In this document: positions 7,011 to 16,400 of the stretch, piece after piece
Numbering within the stretch: position 1 is the stretch's first letter
Layout: each line of letters starts with the position of its first letter
Assembly: GCA_964554085.1 (NCBI GenBank)
Contig: CAZKMY010000002.1
Location: 1 to 36,664 of the forward strand
DNA: 36,664 bases
Origin: an uncultured Pseudomonadales bacterium
GTDB lineage: Bacteria > Patescibacteriota > Microgenomatia > UBA1400 > RBG-16-45-19
Direction: 5' to 3'
Program-made: the position numbers and the translations under genes
The notes under the pieces: model-generated
What the model saw: only the letters and a program-made list of their open reading frames with translations
Database searches by the model: none
Told to the model about the DNA's origin: nothing

Positions 7011-9353
7011 ATGGATTTGCCCAATCTTTTAAACAAACTAAAAGCTACTCCTGAAGAAATCAAAAAATTCATTGCGGTTGAAATTGACTTTGATGCAGTA
7101 AAGACTGCTATTTGGCAATCTACTGGCTCACATACAGAAGTAGTGTCAACAGGTTCCGTTCAATCATGGACTCCAGGCAATCTGGACGATTTAGTGACAG
7201 CAGTTGATACTAGTTTGGCTGATGCCGAAGGGACAGAAAGTGACGAACCAAACCAAGTCATCTTTGGTTTACCCGAAACCTGGGCGGACGGAGACGGCAT
7301 CGCCGAAGAAAAGAAACCTATTCTTAAAACCATTTCTACCAAACTTGGTTTAAAACCGCTTGGATTTGTCATCAGCACCGAAGCGATTGTCCACCACTTA
7401 CGTGATGTTGAAGGCGGTCCTCCATCAGCCATTCTCGTCAGAGTTGCTACGGCAGAAATTGCCGTGAGTCTGGTGTATTTAGGGAAATTAGAATCAACCC
7501 AAGTCGTGGGTCGAAGCACCAATATTGCTACCGACGTTGAAGAAGGTTTGGCTCGGATCCCTCATACAGGACATCTTCCCTCCCGGATGATTCTCTTTAC
7601 CAATCTAGATGATATCGAGACCATCAAACAAGAACTCATTTCATATGATTGGCAAAAAAAGTTAGAATTTCTCCATTTTCCCAAAATTGAGTCATTGCCC
7701 AAAGAGTGGAGTATTAAAGCCGTTGCGGTCGCTGGTGGCGGCGAAGTAATTGAAGCACTTGGCTTTGCCAATGTTCCGGTAACTGCTTCAATTCCTCCCG
7801 TAAAAAAGGATCCTGTTCCTCCTCCTGCACCAAAACCTATCAATGACGTTCCTATTAACTCTCCCTTACCAAGGGAGATGGCGAGTGAATCGAGCCAGAG
7901 AGTTTTACCGCCACAGCCAGAAGAAAAACCAGATCACCCCATGTTTACCGTCGAAGTAGAAGATGAACCGGAGACCAATTTTGACTTTAAAGCTGTATCA
8001 TACGCGCCCGAATCAGCGCCAAAATCGGAAGCCGTTGTTGAGCCTATCATTATGCCTGCAGGTACTGACAATGTTGAACAGGTGAGTCAACACGAATTTA
8101 CACCACCACCAGTTCCACAAATCGCTAAACCAAAACGCACACTGTTACTTGGTTTTGGTTCCAAAATGAAAGCTATAATTCATCGCCCTACCCGGAAATT
8201 CCCCGTATTGCCCGTGGTTATTATCGGGAGCATCCTCCTTCTGATTGCGGGACTCGGTTTCGCATACATTACTTTCCCCAGCGCTATTATCAATACCTAC
8301 GTCAGTCTGAATCCGTATCAGCAGCAACTCACCTTCACGGTAGATCCAATGGCAACGGTTGATTCGGTTCAAAACAGCTTGGTTGTGCCAGGGAAAAAAG
8401 TTGTTCTCAATCAAACGGGTTCAAAAACAGTGGCTACCACCGGAACTCGGTTGGTGGGAGATAAAGCCAAAGGCAAAGTCACGGTCTATAACCGATCATT
8501 AGCTGCCAAGACGCTTACTGCAGGCACCAGTATAAAAAATAATTCGGTCAAATTTACACTTGATACCACTATCACTATTGCGTCAGCGTCATCAAAAGTG
8601 GATGCCAATTATGTGACGACAATCGAGCCAGGGAAAACAGAAGTTCTTGTTACCGCAGCTGATATTGGTGAACAATACAACGTGGGGAAAGATACCGAAT
8701 TCCAGGTAAGTAATATCGCTAGCGACACATTATTTGCTGTGGCCGCCAATGCGTTTTCCGGTGGATCAGCTCAAAAAGTTGCCGCCGTCGCCAAAGAAGA
8801 TAGTGATAATCTGAAAAAAGCGCTTATTCAAGAACTTCAAACTCAGATGGGTCAAACAGGTGATGTAAATGAAAATCAAAATCAACGGCAAGTGACTATA
8901 GGTGAACCAGTCATTGGTACGGAAAAATATTCAGCCAAAGTAGGTGAAGAAGCCAAAGAACTCTCACTTGATCTCAGTTTGACCCAGACAGCCTATCAAT
9001 ATGACGTAGCTGAGGTGTCATTGATGGCCCAACAAGCCGCCGCGGCCTCACTGCCTCCAAACGTGAATGTCCAGCCCAATAGTACCCAAGTAAACATCTT
9101 AAACACCACCATGAGTGAAGATGAAAAAGCTATTATTACAGCTCAAGTATTGCTGCAATATATTCCCAAAATTGAAGCTGATCAGTACGTGAATGAATTA
9201 AGGAACAGTTCGATCAGCTCACTTGATGCCAAATTAAAAGTAATTCCCGGATATACCCGCTACGCGCTCGACAAAAAATATCTTATTTTTGGCAGATTGC
9301 CAATAATGGCTAATCAAATTAAACTGCGGATAATGCCCGCTGCCAAAGAATAA
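7011..9353 (+). CDS. Hypothetical bitopic membrane protein: cytoplasmic domain, Pro-rich linker, TM, large extracytoplasmic beta-rich domain
   Basis: 780-aa ORF. The N-terminal ~250 aa show a degenerate ASKHA/PilM-FtsA-like pattern (FIAVEIDFDAVKTAIW; VIFGLPETW; LGLKPLGFVISTEAIV; AILVRVATAEIAVSLV). A Pro-rich segment spans about aa 260-370. The TM is VLPVVIIGSILLLIAGLGFAYITF. The C-terminal part (KGKVTVYN...EPGKTEVLVTAADIGEQYNV) resembles baseplate-J-like CPR proteins, but this is from memory and unverified. Confidence 0.8.
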   Translation: MDLPNLLNKLKATPEEIKKFIAVEIDFDAVKTAIWQSTGSHTEVVSTGSVQSWTPGNLDDLVTAVDTSLADAEGTESDEPNQVIFGLPETWADGDGIAEEKKPILKTISTKLGLKPLGFVISTEAIVHHLRDVEGGPPSAILVRVATAEIAVSLVYLGKLESTQVVGRSTNIATDVEEGLARIPHTGHLPSRMILFTNLDDIETIKQELISYDWQKKLEFLHFPKIESLPKEWSIKAVAVAGGGEVIEALGFANVPVTASIPPVKKDPVPPPAPKPINDVPINSPLPREMASESSQRVLPPQPEEKPDHPMFTVEVEDEPETNFDFKAVSYAPESAPKSEAVVEPIIMPAGTDNVEQVSQHEFTPPPVPQIAKPKRTLLLGFGSKMKAIIHRPTRKFPVLPVVIIGSILLLIAGLGFAYITFPSAIINTYVSLNPYQQQLTFTVDPMATVDSVQNSLVVPGKKVVLNQTGSKTVATTGTRLVGDKAKGKVTVYNRSLAAKTLTAGTSIKNNSVKFTLDTTITIASASSKVDANYVTTIEPGKTEVLVTAADIGEQYNVGKDTEFQVSNIASDTLFAVAANAFSGGSAQKVAAVAKEDSDNLKKALIQELQTQMGQTGDVNENQNQRQVTIGEPVIGTEKYSAKVGEEAKELSLDLSLTQTAYQYDVAEVSLMAQQAAAASLPPNVNVQPNSTQVNILNTTMSEDEKAIITAQVLLQYIPKIEADQYVNELRNSSISSLDAKLKVIPGYTRYALDKKYLIFGRLPIMANQIKLRIMPAAKE

Positions 9354-9355
9354 GT

Positions 9356-10147
9356 ATGTTTCGCCAAAAAGCCTACCCCTATCGGTATGTAAAAGGACCA
9401 GTTGAATATGTGGCTGTCCCAAAGACTCCCAGTCGCTGGCGGAAATTGATGGGTCCGGTATTTATCACGATTGGTTCAGTCATGATCAGTAATGTTGTTT
9501 GGCCCATTGTGAGCTATCAATTAATCAATGCCCCCTCGCTACAGCGAACTGAATTAGTCGCTCCCATCCCTAAAGAAAATATTGGCGTTTCGGTAAATCA
9601 AGTGGAAGTTGCCTCTGTTCCAGATAACTTGGCTCCACCAGTACAGGGAGCTGACTTGGATTACACTAAAGTATCCAACTGGTTCCCAGAGGCAAAACAG
9701 GAAAAAACAGAAAAAATCGAATCCTATTTACTCTCCATTCCCAGTTTAAATATTCATAACGCCAATGTAGAAATTGGTGGGGAAAAACTTGATGAACATT
9801 TAATTCATTATGCGGGTACCGCATTGCCAGGACAACTCGGTTCTCCCGTCATTTTTGGACATTCAGTCTTGCGGCAGTTTTATGACCCACTGGAAAAAAA
9901 TCCCAAGCGTTACATGTCCATCTTTAGCAAAATCATGACCATGAAAAATGGCGATCGTATCTTTATTGACTATGACGGTATCCGGTACACCTATGAAGTC
10001 AAAGATAAAGTTGAAGTCAAACCTGAGGATTTATTTATCCTTGAACAACGGTATTCCAATCGCGAACTAAAATTAATTACCTGCGTTCCTGAAGGTACGT
10101 ATCTCCGTCGTGGCGTCGTCGTCGCCCAACTCGTTGACCTCCAGTAA
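9356..10147 (+). CDS. Sortase family transpeptidase
   Basis: It has an N-terminal TM anchor. The catalytic His lies in VIFGHS, the Cys in the TLxTC-like motif LKLITC, and a downstream Arg in LRRGVVV. The start is 2 nt after the upstream stop. Confidence 0.8.
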   Translation: MFRQKAYPYRYVKGPVEYVAVPKTPSRWRKLMGPVFITIGSVMISNVVWPIVSYQLINAPSLQRTELVAPIPKENIGVSVNQVEVASVPDNLAPPVQGADLDYTKVSNWFPEAKQEKTEKIESYLLSIPSLNIHNANVEIGGEKLDEHLIHYAGTALPGQLGSPVIFGHSVLRQFYDPLEKNPKRYMSIFSKIMTMKNGDRIFIDYDGIRYTYEVKDKVEVKPEDLFILEQRYSNRELKLITCVPEGTYLRRGVVVAQLVDLQ

Positions 10148-10163
10148 AATACTTCCATCACAC

Positions 10164-10192
10164 TAGACCCTAAACCCTGAACCCTGTATCCT
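10164..10192 (+). repeat. Heptad array TAGACCC-TAAACCC-TGAACCC-TGTATCC abutting the Nudix start codon
   Basis: Four units in exact 7-nt phase at 10164, 10171, 10178 and 10185, then T and ATG 10193. The array is preceded by CACTAGA. There is no SD. Confidence 0.8.
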
Positions 10193-10735
10193 ATGACTAT
10201 GCTGGATCTTCTGTCTTTTCATGCCCGAATTTGTCAAACTGCCGGTGGTTTTTTGATCCAAGATCACAAAGTACTCCTGGTGCTACATAAAAAGCTCAAT
10301 ATCTGGCTCGCCCCAGGAGGTCATCTTGAAGCAGGAGAATTACCCCACCAAGCCGCCGAACGTGAGGTTTGGGAAGAAACTGGCGTTCATGTCAAAGCGA
10401 TTAGTCCGCTTCCCGTGATTGCCTCCACCACCAACAATTACTTCCCCGCTCCATTTGTCACCAATCTCCATTGGGTATGTAAAGACAATTACGATGCCCG
10501 AGTAGCCAGCAATCAGCCTGATCAACCACACACAACTGCCATTTGGCCAAAAGGATGCGAACAACATTTCAATTATTTGTATATGGTCGAGGCCACTGAA
10601 CCAATTGCAATTCAGCTCGACCCCAACGAATCTGATGATATTGGCTGGTTTGACCTAGATGATCTTGCTACTCTCAACACCTCTGACAATATCCGCGCCG
10701 AAATTAAATTAGCGCTTCAATTATCTAAAGTATAA
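10193..10735 (+). CDS. Nudix hydrolase
   Basis: The Nudix box is GGHLEAGELPHQAAEREVWEETGV. ATG 10199 is an alternative start. Confidence 0.8.
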   Translation: MTMLDLLSFHARICQTAGGFLIQDHKVLLVLHKKLNIWLAPGGHLEAGELPHQAAEREVWEETGVHVKAISPLPVIASTTNNYFPAPFVTNLHWVCKDNYDARVASNQPDQPHTTAIWPKGCEQHFNYLYMVEATEPIAIQLDPNESDDIGWFDLDDLATLNTSDNIRAEIKLALQLSKV

Positions 10736-10744
10736 TAAGCGCGT

Positions 10745-11128
10745 ATGAAGAACTATCTCTGTTTAGACTATGGTGAAAAACATGTGGGAGCAGCTCTAGC
10801 TACCACTTTTGTGGCCGAGCCACTTGAAGTGATTCCTACTTCTCAGGCAATCAATCGGATTGAGCAACTAGTTACACAACATAAAATCACCCATATTCTG
10901 CTGGGCATATCCGAGTCTTTGATGGCCGACCGGACCAAAATCTTTGCCAAAAAACTAGAAGAGCGTTTCCATCTTCCCGTTACCTTCCATGATGAAACCT
11001 TGACCAGCCAAGATACTCGTCGCCAAATGGCCCAAGAGGGTGCCAAGCGAAAGATTCGTCAAGCCAAGATTGATCACTACGTCGCCGCCGCCATCCTCCA
11101 AGACTATTTAGATTCACATTCAGACTAA
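10745..11128 (+). CDS. ruvX: Putative pre-16S rRNA nuclease / Holliday-junction-resolvase-like YqgF
   Basis: The N-terminal CLDYGEKHVGAALA motif, a length of 127 aa and the position between alaS and mltG all match YqgF/RuvX. Confidence 0.8.
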   Translation: MKNYLCLDYGEKHVGAALATTFVAEPLEVIPTSQAINRIEQLVTQHKITHILLGISESLMADRTKIFAKKLEERFHLPVTFHDETLTSQDTRRQMAQEGAKRKIRQAKIDHYVAAAILQDYLDSHSD

Positions 11129-11136
11129 TCAACTTC

Positions 11137-11145
11137 TGCTACAAT
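11137..11145 (+). promoter_or_regulatory. Candidate extended -10 promoter element TGCTACAAT
   Basis: It matches TGnTAnAAT and sits in the 77-nt gap after ruvX, about 60 nt upstream of ATG 11206. No good -35 element was found. Confidence 0.25.
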
Positions 11146-11205
11146 GAGAACATAATAATGTTTGGTGGGCAGGCAATCCACCCCAAGCTAAGGAGTGTTT
11201 AAGAT

Positions 11206-11406
11206 ATGTTTAAAAACATCATCTCGCCCGTACAAGCGTGGTTACTTTCCCGGGGTCAGTGCGTCGGTTGCGGTATGCCGCTCTCCGGTGGCACCAAAGG
11301 AAAATCAAAAAATGGTGATATTACGGTCACCTGTAAATGTGGTCGCATTTTCATTTACGATCCAGATGCCAACAAATACCGCCGAGCATTAATCGAAGAG
11401 GTATAA
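11206..11406 (+). CDS. Small (66 aa) zinc-ribbon-like protein, unknown function
   Basis: A strong SD (AAGGAG) lies upstream. The Cys pairs CVGC and CKC are 21 aa apart. I preferred this ORF over the overlapping one at 11195-11392, which has no motif. Confidence 0.55.
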   Translation: MFKNIISPVQAWLLSRGQCVGCGMPLSGGTKGKSKNGDITVTCKCGRIFIYDPDANKYRRALIEEV

Positions 11407-11412
11407 ATTCAA

Positions 11413-12396
11413 ATGGTAAACAAGATTGGATTAGCCGTTGTAATTTTTGTGGTTACAATGGGAGGAATTGCTTGGGGAGCTATGCACTATATCCTGTCTC
11501 CCTTGAATCCTCAAAGTACGGATACCAAACTTATCGTTGTCTCCAAAGGACAATCGCTTGTCGGCGTAGCAAATAAGTTGACTGAAGCGGGAATTATTCG
11601 TACTCCTTGGGCCTTGCGAATAGCTGCCTATCAGTCCGGCAAAGCCGGATCTATCCAAGCGGGGAGCTTTAAATTATCACCTTCCATGTCTCCAGAAAAA
11701 ATTCTTGATACCCTCGCTCACGGCAAATTGGACCTCTGGGTCACGCTGCTTGAAGGGTGGCGGCGGGAACAAATCGCCGACAGTATCGAAAAAGTGTTTA
11801 CTGATAATAACCTCTCTTTTGATAAAGCGGCTTTTCTTACTGCGACCAAAGGCAAAGAAGGGTATCTTTTCCCCGACACATACCTTTTTCCCATTAGTAG
11901 CGATGCTCAAACCATTGCTTCTGTCTTGGAATCCACTCTACAGAAAAAGCTAACCGACAATATGAAACAAGGAATAACCAAATCGGGCCATTCATTACAC
12001 GAAATTCTCACCATGGCTTCCATTGTTGAGCGGGAAGCTCGCACTGATAGTACTCGCAAAAAAGTCGCCGGCATTTTATGGAAACGACTCGCCAACGGAT
12101 GGCCGCTTCAAGCGGATGCCACCCTTCAGTATGTCAAAGGGTATGACAAAGTCTCTCAAGATTGGTGGGCAGAACCGCTTGCTGCGGACAAGGAGCTCAA
12201 CTCTCCCTACAACACCTACAAAAATAGTGGTCTACCCCCTGGACCCATTTGCGCGCCATCGCTCTCCAGCATCGAAGCAGCCATCTTCCCAGAAAACTCA
12301 GACGCGTGGTACTACATCTCGGACACCAAAGGGGTCATGCATTACGCTGCTACGCTCGCAGAACATAATCAAAACATCGATACCTACCTGAAGTAA
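11413..12396 (+). CDS. mltG: Endolytic murein transglycosylase MltG (YceG family)
   Basis: It has an N-terminal TM and the YceG motifs EGYLFPDTY, ASIVEREA, LQADATLQY, SPYNTY and GLPPGPICAPS. Confidence 0.9.
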   Translation: MVNKIGLAVVIFVVTMGGIAWGAMHYILSPLNPQSTDTKLIVVSKGQSLVGVANKLTEAGIIRTPWALRIAAYQSGKAGSIQAGSFKLSPSMSPEKILDTLAHGKLDLWVTLLEGWRREQIADSIEKVFTDNNLSFDKAAFLTATKGKEGYLFPDTYLFPISSDAQTIASVLESTLQKKLTDNMKQGITKSGHSLHEILTMASIVEREARTDSTRKKVAGILWKRLANGWPLQADATLQYVKGYDKVSQDWWAEPLAADKELNSPYNTYKNSGLPPGPICAPSLSSIEAAIFPENSDAWYYISDTKGVMHYAATLAEHNQNIDTYLK

Positions 12397-12416
12397 TCGC
12401 CTGGTATACTATCCCC

Positions 12417-13142
12417 ATGACGTTATTCTGGATTATTCTTGCCAATGTAATCGTTAGTTTAGGCTCTTTAATCGGTGTAGTTACCCTGGCTATTAAAGAA
12501 TCAAACTTACAAAAAATCATCATGCTCCTGGTGTCATTTTCTGCTGGCACCATGATGGGTGGGGCTTTTTTGCACCTCATGCCCGAAGCAGCTGAATATT
12601 TGTCAACCCAAACCTTGCTTGCGGTCACCCTAGCTGCATTTATTGGCTTTTACTTCATTGAAAAACTGTTTTATTGGCGGCACTGCCATGATGGTCATTG
12701 CCATGAACATACATTTGGTTACATGAATTTACTTGGTGATGCGGTACATAACAGCATTGATGGATTACTACTTGCCGCCACATTTGTAACTGATTTTCGA
12801 TTGGGAGTGATCACCACTTTAGCCGTGGCTGCGCACGAAATTCCTCAAGAAATTGGAGATTTTGGTGTTCTGTTGCATGCCGGTTTCTCAAAGCGAAAAG
12901 CTATTTTTTCCAACCTGGCAGTTGCCATGACTGCGGTACTTGGTGGAATTGCAGGTTATTTCATTTCTTCAGCCAACAAAGATTTCGCTCCATACCTCTT
13001 ACCCATTGCTGCAGGCGGCTTTATCTATATCGGTGCCTCCGATCTACTTCCTGAAATGCGGAAAGAAACCAGCCGGGTGAAGTCATTTATTTCCTTCGGC
13101 TTGTATCTTTTGGGAATTGGCTTTATGCTGATGGTGGATTGA
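12417..13142 (+). CDS. ZIP family divalent-metal transporter (ZupT-like)
   Basis: A multi-TM protein with a His-rich loop (HCHDGHCHEH) and the ZIP signature HEIPQEIGDFGVLL. Confidence 0.85.
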   Translation: MTLFWIILANVIVSLGSLIGVVTLAIKESNLQKIIMLLVSFSAGTMMGGAFLHLMPEAAEYLSTQTLLAVTLAAFIGFYFIEKLFYWRHCHDGHCHEHTFGYMNLLGDAVHNSIDGLLLAATFVTDFRLGVITTLAVAAHEIPQEIGDFGVLLHAGFSKRKAIFSNLAVAMTAVLGGIAGYFISSANKDFAPYLLPIAAGGFIYIGASDLLPEMRKETSRVKSFISFGLYLLGIGFMLMVD

Positions 13143-13149
13143 AAACTTC

Positions 13150-13228
13150 GGGTATTGCAAGTTCGCAACAATCTTGATAACATACCCCCTACATAGAAGC
13201 CTACCTCTATAGGGCACACTTTGGTGTG
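13150..13228 (+). other. Three consecutive stem-loops in the 291-nt non-coding region upstream of rpoB
   Basis: Stem 1 pairs GGGTAT (13150-13155) with ATACCC (13182-13187). Stem 2 pairs CCCT-ac-ATAG (13187-13196) with CTATAGGG (13207-13214). Stem 3 pairs CACAC (13215-13219) with GTGTG (13224-13228). The 9-mer GTATTGCAA occurs twice (13152-13160 and 13239-13247). Confidence 0.3.
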
Positions 13229-13433
13229 TCAATTTCTTGTATTGCAAAAATAGCTGATACATGAAGGACAACTGACGTTGACTAGCGTCTCTTCCTAAAT
13301 CCAGATAAATCGTTCAAAACCGGGCACTCGAGCCTCCGGTTCTTAAACGTGGATTTTGTATCAACCGTTTTTACAATACATCCAAATCAGGCGAAACGTT
13401 AATTACAAATCAGTGTGGGAAAAGAAGGACAAT

Positions 13434-16400
13434 ATGCCGCAGATCAAACGTCAATTTTGGGGTAAAACAAATCTTCCGCTTCCTGAGTTAAATCTCATAG
13501 CCGTCCAACTTGAATCGTACGAGCGTTTTTTAGCCGATGGCATTCAAGAAGCATTTGAAGAAATTAACCCCATCGAGGATTTCACTGGTAAAAACTGGTC
13601 ACTCGAATTTAAAGGCTATCACTTCGGAGAACCCAAATATTCTCCCACTCAAGCCAAAGAAAAAGGCGTTACCTACGACATGCCCCTCAGGGTTGAAACC
13701 GTTCTCACCAACAAACAAACCGCTCAATCCGTTTCTCAAGAAGTCTTCCTTGGTGACATCCCCCGTATGACGGAGAATGGCACCTTCATCATTAATGGCA
13801 TTGAGCGCGCTGTGGTGAATCAAATTGTCCGTTCTCCTGGCGTTTTCTTTTCCAATGAAATCGAACCCACTTCTGGACGCATGCTTCACACCGCCGAACT
13901 CCGCCCCATCCGCGGTTCATGGCTTGAAGTCATGATTAGTAAAAATGATGTTATTTCCGTCAAAATTGATCGTCACCGTAAAATCCCTGCCACCACCCTC
14001 CTTCGCGCCCTTGGCTATGCGGAAGACGATGCCATTAAACAATTATTTGCTGACGTCAACAAAGACGATCAACACGATTACATCGATGCCACCTTGGCCC
14101 GTGATCCCGCCAAGAATCGCGCTGAAGCCTTGATTGAAATTTATCAAAAGATGCGCCCTGGCGAACCCGCTGTCCTTGAAAATGCTGAAGAGTTCCTGTT
14201 TGAACTCTTTTTTGATACCCGTCGCTATGATTTGGGGAAAGTTGGTCGGTACAAATTAAATCGCCGCTTAGGTTTATCTGTTGAAAATGTCAGTCAGAAT
14301 TGGGTCCTGACCAAAGAAGATATTATTGCTACCCTCAAATACCTCGTCAGTCTTCAAAATGGTAAGGGCACTATCGATGATATTGATCATCTCAGCAACC
14401 GCCGGGTTCGCTCCGTCGGGGAATTGGTCAATGTCTCCGCCTTCCGGATTGGTCTATTACGCTTAGAGCGTTCTATCCGTGAAAAAATGTCCTTGACCAA
14501 AACTGATGAAAAAATCACTCCAGCAGCTTTGGTTAACGCCCGCCCCATCATTGCCACCATTTCTGAATTCTTCCGCCGCAACCGTTTATCCACCATCTTG
14601 GATCAAACCAATCCCTTATCCGAAGTGGATAACTTGCGCCGTCTTTCAGTCATGGGTACCGGCGGTGTCACTCGCGAGCGCGCCTCCTTCTCTATGCGGG
14701 ACATTAATGCTTCACAATACTCCCGTATTTGTCCCGTCCGTTCACCGGAAGGTCCGAATATCGGTTTGGTGACATACCTTGCCAACTTTGCCCGTGTCAA
14801 CGAATATGGTTTCCTAGAAGCCCCGTACCGAAAAGTTGAAAAGATCACCCGTGGTAACAAAACCACCATGCACATCTCCGATGAAGTGGTTTACTTGTCA
14901 GCTGATGATGAAATGGAACATTACGTTACTCACGCAGAAGTTGCTATCGACGATAAAAACAACATTGTCGATGAATGGGTGCCTGTTCGTTACGAAGGCG
15001 AATTCCTTGAAGCATCCGTCGAACAAGTTGAATATATCGACGTTGTGCCCCGCCAAGTGGTGGGCGCCGCTGCTTCATTGATTCCTTTTATTTCTCACGA
15101 TGAAGCGAACCGCGCCTTGATGGGCACACACATGCAATGCCAGGCTGTACCTTTGGTAAAACCATCTTCACCCATCGTGGGTACCGGTATGGAAGCTACC
15201 ATCGCCGAAGCCATGCATCATGTGGTTCGTGCTCGACATGAGGGCGAGGTCACTTTTGTGGATGGTAAACAAATTGTCATCAAACTTCCCAAAGCCGTCA
15301 AAGAAGACAAAGATATTCTCGCCACCGACAGTGAAGAAATTCGCCTTGATGGTGACCGCGAAACCTACAAAATTACCAAGTTTATGCGTTCCGCTCAGAG
15401 TACCTGTTACTCCCAACGTCCCTTGGTCAAAGTGGGTGATAGTGTTAAAAAAGGTCAAGTCATTATTGATGGACCTGCCGCTGACAATGGCGAACTCGCT
15501 CTTGGTCAGAACATGGTCATCGCCTACACTTCCTTCAACGGCTTGGGGTACGAAGACGCTATCATCGTTTCCGATCGCCTAGTCAAAGAGGACCTCTTGT
15601 CCTCCATCCACATCAATGAATACGAAGCCTTGGTCATGGATACCAAATTGGGTCCAGAACAATTAACTCGGGATATCCCCAACATCGGTGAAACTGATCT
15701 CCGCAACTTGGGTGAAGATGGTGTGGTAGTTATCGGTAGTGTCGTTGGTCCCAACGACATCTTAGTCGGTAAAATCGCTCCCAAAGGGGAAACTGAACTT
15801 ACCGCAGAAGAACGACTCCTTCGTGCTATCTTTGGCGAAAAAGCTCGCGAAGTCAGAGATACCTCACTTCGTATGCCTCATGGTGAATCAGGTACCGTCA
15901 TCGACGTCAAGGTCTTAGACCGCGAAACCGGCGATGAACTTGACCCAGGCGTCTTGCAAAAAGTTGTTGTCCGCGTCGCTCAAATGCGTAAAGTTACCGT
16001 TGGTGACAAGCTTGCTGGCCGTCATGGTAACAAGGGTGTTATTTCTGATATCGTCCCTGCCGCTGACATGCCTCACTTGGAAGACGGCACTCCTGTTGAC
16101 GTTATCATTTCTCCACTTTCAGTACTGGCTCGTATGAACTTAGGTCAGCTGATGGAAGCTCACTTGGGTTGGGCAGCCAAAGAACTTGGCTACAAAGTTG
16201 CCTTGCCTGTCTTTGAAGAAATTGATGAATCCAAGATTACCGAAGAATTAAAGAAGGCTGGTCTGCCTGTTGATGGTAAGACTCAACTCTACGATGGTCG
16301 CTCTGGTGAACCGTATCAAGAGAAATCCGTGGTTGGTGTCGCCTACATGTTGAAACTCATCCACATGGTTGAGGACAAGACCCACGCTCGTTCCACGGGA

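Noticed and set aside
7275-7289. LPETW in the 780-aa protein as a sortase sorting signal
   Set aside because: It lies in the N-terminal cytoplasmic domain, lacks the G, and is not followed by a hydrophobic segment with a basic tail.
10164-10192. CCCTAAA-type repeats as plant or eukaryotic telomere contamination or a chimeric assembly
   Set aside because: Only 4-5 degenerate units are present. They are embedded between intact bacterial genes, in phase with start codons, and occur at two separate loci.
11195-11576. ORFs at 11195-11392 and 11337-11576 that overlap the Zn-ribbon ORF and mltG
   Set aside because: They are alternative frames with no SD or motifs. The 11206-11406 frame has an AAGGAG SD and paired Cys motifs, and 11413 starts a clear MltG.
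13356-13433. Upstream ORF-track extensions of rpoB (TTG 13356), rpoC (16840), rpsL (20534), rpsC (28486), rplP (29397) and adk (35492)
   Set aside because: In each case the canonical conserved N-terminus begins at an internal ATG. For rpoB, rpoC, rpsC and adk that ATG is preceded by an SD. The extensions overlap upstream genes or run through non-coding repeats.
13143-13433. A tRNA or other known RNA gene in the long rpoB-upstream spacer
   Set aside because: I found no GTTCRANYC T-loop, no cloverleaf arrangement and no CCA-proximal acceptor pairing on either strand. It is kept only as an unexplained structured region.
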